From contig OZ241869.1 of assembly GCA_965202805.1 (NCBI GenBank), forward strand, positions 2,368,001-2,432,000: 64,000 bases of DNA, read 5' to 3'. The notes below the pieces were generated by a model. The model did not search any database. It was not told the DNA's origin and was given only the letters and a program-made list of their open reading frames with translations. Below, piece by piece: positions 9,332 through 17,563 of this stretch. Both the position numbers and the translations under genes were made by a program. Each line of letters begins with the position of its first letter. Position 1 is the stretch's first letter. The DNA comes from Longimicrobiales bacterium. GTDB lineage: Bacteria; Gemmatimonadota; Gemmatimonadetes; Longimicrobiales; Gaopeijiaceae.

Positions 9332-9530
9332 GATATGACCTCCTTGGCTTTACTCCGAAGCGGCGCGAGGATCCGTTCAAAGATACTATCGTAGGAATCT
9401 GTTCAAGGTAGAAGGGTCACGTGATCAGCAGATCATCGACGTTCGTCGGCGCCGCGGTCGTCGGTGGTCCCCTGTGGATCCTGGCTGGGGCCGCTGATTC
9501 TTCCCTGAATACCCGCTGAGCGGAGGACGC

Positions 9531-10175
9531 ATGGCTGACAGGTGGTGGCGAGATCAAGGGTAGTGGGTCGCGGTGGCCGGCGGCGCGCTCGCTTTCCCGA
9601 TCGGGGTGCTGCTCCACGAACTCGGGCACTTCGGCGGATTCGCCGCGTTCGGATTCCCCGATCCGGTCCTGCACTTCGCCTCTGCCGGCTGGGGCGATGA
9701 CGGGCAGTTCGACTCGCTCTGGCGGGCCGGAGACGTGGAAGCCGCGGCGGCGATTGCTCCACCGTGGCAAGTAGCGGCCAGCATCGCCGCGGGACCGGTC
9801 GTCTCCTACCTGACGATCATCGCCTGCATCCTGGCGCTCCGCGGATCCGGCCCTGGCCCCTTGTCTCTCGTTCTCGGCGTCGGGCTGGTGACCCCCTTCC
9901 ACTGGACGTGGTCGATTCCGGTCCTCGCCTTGAGGCTCCGCGGGGCGCGCGTCGAATGGGGCCCCGACGAAATTGTCGTCGCGGCGATCATGGGGATCCC
10001 CCAGCTCCTGGTCATTCTGATCGCCCTAGCCAGCGCCGTGCTCGCGTACTGGCTCGTCGTGACCTCCATCCCCCGCGGGCAGAGGGTGAGGACCATCCTG
10101 CCGACCCTGGTCGGGGCGGCGGTTGTGGGCGGACCGGTGTGGGTGATGTGGGTGGGGCCGTGGGTGCTGCCGTAG
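9531..10175 (+). CDS. Integral membrane HExxH (M50/zincin-like) protein; in-frame TAG at 9561-9563, so possibly a pseudogene
   Basis: HELGH motif, AAGPVVS motif and several TM helices; GGAGGA RBS precedes ATG 9531, which is in frame with ORF 9573-10175. Confidence 0.6.
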
Positions 10176-10237
10176 GGCCATCTTGAGAGCGCGCCCCGCC
10201 CGCAACCCGAGCGGGCAGACATCTCAGGTGCGTTGGC

Positions 10238-10266
10238 TTGACCATCAGAGCTATAATAGCTACTAT
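10238..10266 (+). promoter_or_regulatory. Sigma70-like promoter with overlapping palindromic operator of the phd-PIN operon
   Basis: TTGACC (10238-10243), 17 nt, TACTAT (10261-10266); palindrome AGCTATAATAGCT (10249-10261); ATG at 10273 suggests a leaderless mRNA. Confidence 0.7.
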
Positions 10267-10272
10267 GGCCGC

Positions 10273-10524
10273 ATGCGAGAAATCACTGCCAAAGAGGCCA
10301 AGAACCGGTTCGGCCAGCTGCTTCGGTCCGCCCAGCAGGGGCCCGTGCGCGTCACCCGGAACGGCACGCCGGTGGGCGTGATGCTGTCGGTGGAGCAGTT
10401 CGAACGACTGCGCGGAACTGCGTGGGACCGGTTGACGGCCGCGATGGACGCCATGAGCCGGGAGGCAGCTGCCAACGACCTGACGCCAGCGGCGTTGGAG
10501 TCCCTGCTCTCCGATGAAAGCTGA
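10273..10524 (+). CDS. Phd/YefM family antitoxin
   Basis: MREITAKEAKNRFGQLL..AQQGPVRVTRNGTPVGVMLS. Confidence 0.9.
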   Translation: MREITAKEAKNRFGQLLRSAQQGPVRVTRNGTPVGVMLSVEQFERLRGTAWDRLTAAMDAMSREAAANDLTPAALESLLSDES

Positions 10525-10978
10525 CAGGGTCGTACTCGACACCAACGTTCTGATGAGCGCCGCCCTCACCCGGACCGGGCCACCCCGCAGGGTGGTCGAT
10601 CTGGTCAGAGCGGACAACGGAGTCCTACTCCTCAGCGACGAGACGTTCACCGAGCTTCGCCATCGGATCCTCGGTTCGAAGTTCGACCGCTACGTGGGTA
10701 GGGAGTTCCGGGCCGCCTTCGTCGCGCTGCTGGCCGCGGTTGCGGAATGGGTGCCGATCGCCGGTGCCAGGCTCGGCTGCCGCGACCCGACCGTCGACAA
10801 GATCCTGGAGACGGCCCTCATGGGTCGCGCCGACCACTTGGTGACGGGAGACGGCAACCTGCTCGCCATGTCGCCGTTCCATGGAATACCGATCGTCACG
10901 CCGGCCCGCTTTCTGGCGCTCCATGGGCAAACGAGTGCGGCCGCAACCGATCTTCATGAGCGCGATCCCGCCACCTGA
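10514..10978 (+). CDS. PIN domain toxin (PIN_3 type)
   Basis: VVLDTNVLMSA, CRDP..DKILE, LVTGD; overlaps the antitoxin stop. Confidence 0.9.
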   Translation: MKADRVVLDTNVLMSAALTRTGPPRRVVDLVRADNGVLLLSDETFTELRHRILGSKFDRYVGREFRAAFVALLAAVAEWVPIAGARLGCRDPTVDKILETALMGRADHLVTGDGNLLAMSPFHGIPIVTPARFLALHGQTSAAATDLHERDPAT

Positions 10979-11097
10979 GGGGGTGCTTCATTTGAGAATC
11001 TCCATGAATCTCCGCCCATCCACCTATACCTCTGGTTCACGCAAGACGCTACGTTGACGACCGACCGCGAAACCACCAGCGAAACCGGAGCCGTCCC

Positions 11098-11334
11098 ATG
11101 GCCAGCGCCGAGCAGTTCAAGGCATTGCTGAGGTCGCACCTAGAAGGTGACAACGTCCGGTTTATCTCGGTCGCGATGCAGGTCGCCGCCCACGAAGCGA
11201 GGGTGGGCCACGGCAAACTGGCCACCGATCTGAGCGACATCATCGATCGGGCCAAGAGCCATCGCGGGGCGGGGGCTCCGGTGCCAATCGGCCGACCGCG
11301 CGGGGAAGAACACCTTCGAATGAGGTCTTTCTGA
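11098..11334 (+). pseudogene. Truncated N-terminus of an IetA-like AAA ATPase
   Basis: MASAEQFKALLRSH..GD..RF.SVAMQVAAHEARVGHGKLA...PVPIGRPRGE resembles IetAS ATPase N-termini; no Walker motifs follow. Confidence 0.65.
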
Positions 11335-11400
11335 TGGTCTCGGGCGATGACAAACACCAACTAGTACCTGGGCCTTCGTTACCATTCCCTACTCTGACCC

Positions 11401-14400
11401 ATGAGTGAGCCATCGTTCCAATCACGGCGACCAGAGGCGCCCGCCATGGGAGAGAGGCGGGCTCGGTGGGGATATGGGTATCAGGACAAGGTCGCCACAG
11501 AGCGAATCTTGCAGTTTCTGCGGAAGGATCTGCGTGATGGCGTTAGGGAGTTCGAAGGTGTCCGCCTTGCGGATCTTGAAGCCGGTCGCGTTGATGACTT
11601 TGTTCTTGTTTGGAAAGGATCGGTTGAAGGAAACTCGATCAAGTGGTCCGGTGGTGCGACCGGGTTTATGTGGGGTGACCTTGTCGGTGCATCTGGGCTC
11701 CTCCAAGATCTCGCCTGCGGATGGAACCGCCTCCGGAGCCGCTGGACGGGACGCACGGTCACTGTGCGACTCCATACCAATCGATCGGTTTCTCCCAAGA
11801 AACATCATGCACAGATAATCTCTTCCTTCAGCGTTGCGGAATTTGTCGAGAAACACTGGCCGTCAGGTCCTAATGCAGCGGATTCAGAAGATCTGCGTGA
11901 AGCGTGGCGGAAGATTGCTGAGCACGTAGACTTGGCAGGACCTGAGTTATGGAATTTCGTGGCGAATTGCGAACTGGCTTTCGAACAAACTGAGCCTCCG
12001 GGGATCGGTGACGACTCTCATGACTGGAGACACTATCGTCGACAGTTTGACAGCCTTCACAAGGCAATCGCAACATGGTTAACCAACAACCCCGACGGCG
12101 AATTAATTGAGCGAGATTACCTTCTCGCAGCGATCGGGCTACGATCGAGCCGCTCCGGCTTGATTCAGCGCTTCCCGGAACCGACCATACCCTACGAGAA
12201 AAACCATGCGGCGGCCGATCGTTTGAAAGCGTTGGTTGATGAGATTCCGGGAGGATATCTCGCAATTACGGGGCCGGCAGGTGTTGGTAAATCCACGCTC
12301 GTCCAGGATGTTCTTACCGACTCCCGATACCCACACTTCGTCCCATACTACGCGTTCTTACCTAGCACTGACGGGAACCGCGACCGAGCTGAGGCGCTGA
12401 CGTTCTTTCAAGACGTTGGTGCGCGTCTCGAGCGCATTCATTCGAAGAGTTACAGTCTCGGCATTACCGATATCGTTCAAGGCCGCGACGCACTCCGGCG
12501 CCACATGTTGAGTGCGAATCAACGCTACGTCCTGAACGGCCACAAGACCATCCTTCTCATCGATGGTTTGGACCACGCAATGCGGGAAGTAGATCTTCAG
12601 ACACCGATGCTCAGCGAGCTTCCGCATCCAGACGAGATCCCAGAAGGGTTCTTGATCATCCTGAGCAGTCAACCGCAGGCATTCCTCCCAGACGTAATTC
12701 CCGCAGCGGTCGCCACAAGAGTTGCCGAAGATGGTAGGAGACTCGAAGTCTTGGGCTTGAGTCGCCAGGAGGTTCACACGCTTGCTTCGAAGCTCGGTAA
12801 GCCGACGAGGGGCGAAGAACGCGATCTGCTGCACGACGCATCTCAAGGAAACCCTTTGATATTGACGTACCTCCTAGCAGCGTTCAAGCGAACAGATGAC
12901 ACAAGTGTGACAGGGGCAATCGAGCTGGCCGGGCGCTACGCAGGTCAGATCGACCAGTACTACCACGACCGCCTGGCGGTATCGCTTCAAGACATCCAGA
13001 CGAGGAAGCTTCTCGGGCTGCTGTGTAGGGCAGCGCCAACGCTCCCGGTAGCATGGCTCGCCGAGTGGCCGGAGAAGGAAGCGATCCAAGACATCTATCA
13101 GCGAGTGCTGACACCGTTCGTTCGCGTTACTGATGGTCGCGTTTCCTTTATCCATGACAGCCTGATTGCATTTCTCAGGTCGCAGACGCGCTCTCGGCTT
13201 CCCGGCAGCGATCCTGTCAGGGATGAACGAGAGTACCATTCTATCCTTGCGGACCGTTCATATGGACGTTCTTGCCTCGACCCCGTCGGCCGCGCTCGAG
13301 TTGTTCACCTCATGCGGGCCAATAGGCAAGCCGATGTGCTTGAGCAGTTGTCTTCCGATTGGCTGCGGTCAGCGGCGCACGGATTCCTGCCGTACGCTCA
13401 TGTCCGTCCGGTTTTGTTGGCCGGCCACACTGCTGCTTCCGCCATGGGCGATTGGGGCCACACACTTAGACTACTCCTCTTGAGCCATGAGCTTGAGCAA
13501 AGGACCTCCCGAATTGACGCAGATCATCTCGCAGACACGTTCTTAGATCTTCGTGACCCACTGCTAGCATTCTCGCAGATTCGCTCCGACGACCGATTGC
13601 TAGTCCCCGAAAGCGAAGCCCTCCGATTCGCGGGCACCTTGCAGCGGTATGCACACGAGCAGAATCTTCCCAGCCTTAAGGATAAAGCTCGCACTCTCTA
13701 TTCTCAAGCGAAGCCCATCTCATTGATCTACACAGGTGAGCCGATTGAATCGGTCAACCATGATGAAGACCTGGAAATCGTCAGAGCTTGGAGTAGCGTG
13801 GCCGTTCTGTTCGAACCGCCCACCATCGTGACCGAGGAGATCCAAAGACTTGTTCTGCGTTCAGAGAGGAACTCCCACCAGCCCGGTCCAGCGATGGTGA
13901 GAGCGGACCTTTTACTCCGAGCGTTTGACACTGCACTCGACGCGGGCTGTGACTCAGAGGAACTACAGGTTCTTGTCGACGCCATCCAAGCTCTTGGGTC
14001 TAACACCTCCCATTTTGTCGCGTTGCTTCGACTAGCAGAATCAATGCCATCGGAGGTAGATGTCGACTCACTCCAGGCGGCCTATGGGGCGGCTAGGACA
14101 AACAGGGATATCGATCTCGCTTATGCACGATTCCTCTACCATCAAGATGATCGGGCGGGGGCTACTGAGATCATCGGTCGTCTATCGCACATCCGCTTCA
14201 GGCCATATGAAGACTGGCACCGTTGGGGGTTTTCGGATGTGACTTACACCACCCAGCTTCGGTGGCTGCAAGAGATCCTCTCCGTGCGCGAGGGAGCCGT
14301 TCCAGGGGCTAAAGACGAGAGTGAAGAGGCACGCGCTCGACTGGAACATACAGCTAGAGAGCTCGGTGTCCATCTAGCGAGTGCAGCCAAGGGCCAATTC

Positions 14401-17400
14401 CACGGTGTTCACCGTGAGCTGTTCCGATCGTTCTTGCTCTTCCACAACCGGCCCGTGCACTTCAGTACATTGCCTCGACAACACTCTATCCCACAGGCGT
14501 CGAGAAACGAAATCTACGAACAGGTCGTGAAGCTGGCGAGAACCCAGGGGCTAGAGGGGCTCAGAGCCTTGAGTGAGGTGGTAGTAGAACTAACCACAGG
14601 CTCAACTGCCAAGCAATTCACGCCTTATCAACGCCGGCGCTTCGCGCAGCTGTTTTACCAGGAAGGCGCCATGTCTAGGGAGCAGTCCGTCTCGCTTGGG
14701 CTCTCCTCAACAGCAGACGCCTCCGATGATGATCCCATGCAGCGGCAAGAGGCATGCTTGGAGATCGCTAGGTTTCTATACCACGTGGGGGATCGAGGTG
14801 GGTCTGCGGACTGGAAGACTAGAGCGAGTGAAGTCTCTGCTGGGGCGGGCAGTCATAAAGACTACCACATGGCCCAGGTAGCAGACTGGCTGACTCGATC
14901 GATTCATCAGGCGAACCCCGATCATTTGGTGATTCTCGACCGATTCGCGCGTGCCGTAGAAGTCGCCGGAGGGAGCGGCGGGCCCGATGGCGCCGCGAAG
15001 CTGCTTCGCTTGATCGTTCGTCTGACGCCCGCGCGGGCGTGGCACCTGGCTGTGGAGTATGTGGACCGGGACGTCCTACCCTTGTCGGAGGTGCTCGATG
15101 CCCTGATCGCTGGCGGCGCTGATGCATCGGCGCATCCGGAACTCTTAGGCGGAATGTACGGTGAGCTTCTTTCGTTGATCGCACCTGGAGACACGTCCGA
15201 GACAGCCGCAATTGTCTTGAGAGCGTTTCCGCGCGCCCAGATGAGGGAAGTGGCAACGCGAGTGATGGCTCATGTGCGCACCAACGCCTTGCCCTCCCAT
15301 CGCGCTGCGGTGGCGCGGGCTCTTCAGGACACGATTCGCCGTGAGGGCCTTGACCCGATTACCCTGACGCCGGGCTTGACACCAGGAGGTGACGATGCTG
15401 GGGGCCACAGCCACCTCTATCGAAACATGACCGGTGAACTGGAGACACTGGACCAAGTTGCCGAACGCCTCAGCGATCCGAGAAAACCTGACACATGGAA
15501 TCCCAACCCCAAGGACAATGCCAATTTTTATTGGTGGGCCGCTATTGGGAAAGCACGTGTCGCGGACGAAGCTCATTTCGATAGCCTTGTTGAGCGCTTT
15601 CCTCCACCGGACTACCGTCAGATCGAACTAATGGCTCGGAGGGCGGACATTCTCCTGCGTTCAGGCGACCGTCAGTCTGCAAAGGAATTGATCGAGAAGG
15701 CTCTCAGCCACTCAAGGGATGGATCGTGGCATCGGCAGCTCGATGGCGCACAGAAGATGACCGTGTTTGAGACACTCAAAAAGATCGATCAGGCTGACGG
15801 CATTGACCGCGGCCGTGAACAGTTTTTGAACGATCTTAGCACCGGACAACTTTGGCCTCTTTATTTGCTGACTGATATCGGTGAAATACTAGAACTCCTA
15901 GCAGTCGATTGGCCTAGCGATGCCGTTCTTGAAGCTGTTGATGACTACCTGATACAAGTGCTTGCCGCAAGCCCCGAGACCCGACCCTATGAGTCGCTGA
16001 CAAGGTCAGTACTCCCTTCGTCAACCGATCAGGCACTTTGCCGCTTCCTAGCCGAACTTCTGGTGTGTCCAGTCGTCGATGTTGGACTTGCCGCGAGACG
16101 CGCTCTTGCCAAGTATCTGGCCGTTCACGGAAAAGGATTTGTCACGTTATTCACTAATTCACCTTGGTGGAACCCGTTACAACTCGAACATCTCTTGGCT
16201 ACGGTTCACTTAGCGATATCCCTCGGGTCACCGCGGATCTCCGCTCTGCGGGGAGTCATCGAAGATCTGAAGCACTCAGAATCGCTCTCCGTTCGCAGTA
16301 TTGCGAAACGGATCTGCGACGGCCAGGGTTGGATTTGGGAGGACCTCACAACGGCTTCGCCGCGGCCGATCATCCTTGTGCCGAGCTATCCGGACACCCT
16401 CCGTGAGGCAGAAATGGTGATCGGCGGGGAGACGGCGATCGCATGGGATCTACATAGAGCGCTTATTCGACCACTACTCGATCGTGGACTCGATGTGGAT
16501 GAACTGCGCTCCGAATTCGAAAGCGTGTACTGGGCGCTAAAAGGCGAATATCCGTGGGCTAGCGACAGAAGGCTCCAGCACTGGGTGAGGAAGCTCTTGA
16601 CTAGTTTCTGGCTAAACACCAACGCGGTCATCGGTCGAGAAGCTGCCATGCGTGTGTTTGGAAGGCAGTCGCTCTCCGGGCAAATCCCGCCTGGTGCGGA
16701 GATCGCATATGACAGCTATTACCCGATCTACGACCCGTTAGTCGAGTCTTATCGACCGACCGAACGTCCACTGGAATTCCAGGCGATGGCATGGCGTTTC
16801 ATGGGCAAAGACCGGGAAGATTGGCTCCAAGGGGCCGACGCCTCCGAGTGGAGCCACTACCCGAACTCAATTCAGGGACGGTCAGTCATTGGCGAACAAA
16901 CCTGGTTTGTGCGACCGGAATGGGAGTGGCCACGTGAAGAAAGGTATCGCGGCTTGATTGCAAATGTAGCGGACGAAGCGGGCGAACAAGTTCTGAAATC
17001 AACACGTGCGCTGACGTACAAAACGTACTTGAACGGTTGGGGTCAAGAGGACAAACAACTGGTCGTTCTGAATAATGAGGATCAACTCATCGGGACGGTT
17101 TATCGGTGGGCGGCCATCAATTCAAACGTCGCGAAGGCTCTTGCCTGGCGCCCTTCAACGACTGTCCCGTTTCAATGGTTCGATGCCAAAGGGGAAGTAA
17201 TGGTCGAGTCGACATTCTGGAAGGACGGCTGGATACGGATCAAACCACCCCGTTTCGAGTCCCTTGGCGAAGGATGGGTCGTCTCAGCGTCCACCGCCGC
17301 GATTGAGGCTATCCGACGTTTCGCCCCCGAAACAGAGATTCATTTGTGGGTTGAGCGCCATTGTCACGGTGATCCCGCAAACCAAGGTAAATGGCATCTA

Positions 17401-17415
17401 ATCCGGCCGCTATGA
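11401..17415 (+). CDS. Large STAND/NACHT-like NTPase with N-terminal Cap4/PD-(D/E)xK-like domain and helical-repeat C-terminus (Avs-like)
   Basis: 2004 aa; GY.YQ...VDDFVL...SIKW N-terminus; Walker A GPAGVGKST; Walker B ILLIDGLD; GNPLIL motif; visibly lower GC than flanks. Alternative start at 11446. Confidence 0.8.
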   Translation: MSEPSFQSRRPEAPAMGERRARWGYGYQDKVATERILQFLRKDLRDGVREFEGVRLADLEAGRVDDFVLVWKGSVEGNSIKWSGGATGFMWGDLVGASGLLQDLACGWNRLRSRWTGRTVTVRLHTNRSVSPKKHHAQIISSFSVAEFVEKHWPSGPNAADSEDLREAWRKIAEHVDLAGPELWNFVANCELAFEQTEPPGIGDDSHDWRHYRRQFDSLHKAIATWLTNNPDGELIERDYLLAAIGLRSSRSGLIQRFPEPTIPYEKNHAAADRLKALVDEIPGGYLAITGPAGVGKSTLVQDVLTDSRYPHFVPYYAFLPSTDGNRDRAEALTFFQDVGARLERIHSKSYSLGITDIVQGRDALRRHMLSANQRYVLNGHKTILLIDGLDHAMREVDLQTPMLSELPHPDEIPEGFLIILSSQPQAFLPDVIPAAVATRVAEDGRRLEVLGLSRQEVHTLASKLGKPTRGEERDLLHDASQGNPLILTYLLAAFKRTDDTSVTGAIELAGRYAGQIDQYYHDRLAVSLQDIQTRKLLGLLCRAAPTLPVAWLAEWPEKEAIQDIYQRVLTPFVRVTDGRVSFIHDSLIAFLRSQTRSRLPGSDPVRDEREYHSILADRSYGRSCLDPVGRARVVHLMRANRQADVLEQLSSDWLRSAAHGFLPYAHVRPVLLAGHTAASAMGDWGHTLRLLLLSHELEQRTSRIDADHLADTFLDLRDPLLAFSQIRSDDRLLVPESEALRFAGTLQRYAHEQNLPSLKDKARTLYSQAKPISLIYTGEPIESVNHDEDLEIVRAWSSVAVLFEPPTIVTEEIQRLVLRSERNSHQPGPAMVRADLLLRAFDTALDAGCDSEELQVLVDAIQALGSNTSHFVALLRLAESMPSEVDVDSLQAAYGAARTNRDIDLAYARFLYHQDDRAGATEIIGRLSHIRFRPYEDWHRWGFSDVTYTTQLRWLQEILSVREGAVPGAKDESEEARARLEHTARELGVHLASAAKGQFHGVHRELFRSFLLFHNRPVHFSTLPRQHSIPQASRNEIYEQVVKLARTQGLEGLRALSEVVVELTTGSTAKQFTPYQRRRFAQLFYQEGAMSREQSVSLGLSSTADASDDDPMQRQEACLEIARFLYHVGDRGGSADWKTRASEVSAGAGSHKDYHMAQVADWLTRSIHQANPDHLVILDRFARAVEVAGGSGGPDGAAKLLRLIVRLTPARAWHLAVEYVDRDVLPLSEVLDALIAGGADASAHPELLGGMYGELLSLIAPGDTSETAAIVLRAFPRAQMREVATRVMAHVRTNALPSHRAAVARALQDTIRREGLDPITLTPGLTPGGDDAGGHSHLYRNMTGELETLDQVAERLSDPRKPDTWNPNPKDNANFYWWAAIGKARVADEAHFDSLVERFPPPDYRQIELMARRADILLRSGDRQSAKELIEKALSHSRDGSWHRQLDGAQKMTVFETLKKIDQADGIDRGREQFLNDLSTGQLWPLYLLTDIGEILELLAVDWPSDAVLEAVDDYLIQVLAASPETRPYESLTRSVLPSSTDQALCRFLAELLVCPVVDVGLAARRALAKYLAVHGKGFVTLFTNSPWWNPLQLEHLLATVHLAISLGSPRISALRGVIEDLKHSESLSVRSIAKRICDGQGWIWEDLTTASPRPIILVPSYPDTLREAEMVIGGETAIAWDLHRALIRPLLDRGLDVDELRSEFESVYWALKGEYPWASDRRLQHWVRKLLTSFWLNTNAVIGREAAMRVFGRQSLSGQIPPGAEIAYDSYYPIYDPLVESYRPTERPLEFQAMAWRFMGKDREDWLQGADASEWSHYPNSIQGRSVIGEQTWFVRPEWEWPREERYRGLIANVADEAGEQVLKSTRALTYKTYLNGWGQEDKQLVVLNNEDQLIGTVYRWAAINSNVAKALAWRPSTTVPFQWFDAKGEVMVESTFWKDGWIRIKPPRFESLGEGWVVSASTAAIEAIRRFAPETEIHLWVERHCHGDPANQGKWHLIRPL

Positions 17416-17563
17416 ACCGACTAACTAACACTATAGGAGGTGATATTACTCTTGGTCCTGTGTGGCTTCACGACCCTTGGGCCTCCTCTCGATCTACGAG
17501 ACGAGAGCGTAAGCGGCATTCGTAGAGGAGCGCCGACCTGACACTTCAGACCTCCTTTTCCCT

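Noticed and set aside
3388..9563. Genome-wide TAG reassignment
   Set aside because: Several genes (Fic 3145, 4739, 10175, 24741) end at TAG where the protein appears complete; the two internal TAGs lie in a decaying island.
1700..17560. Prophage, ICE or IS-bounded island
   Set aside because: No integrase, transposase, phage structural gene, tRNA or flanking att repeat was recognised.
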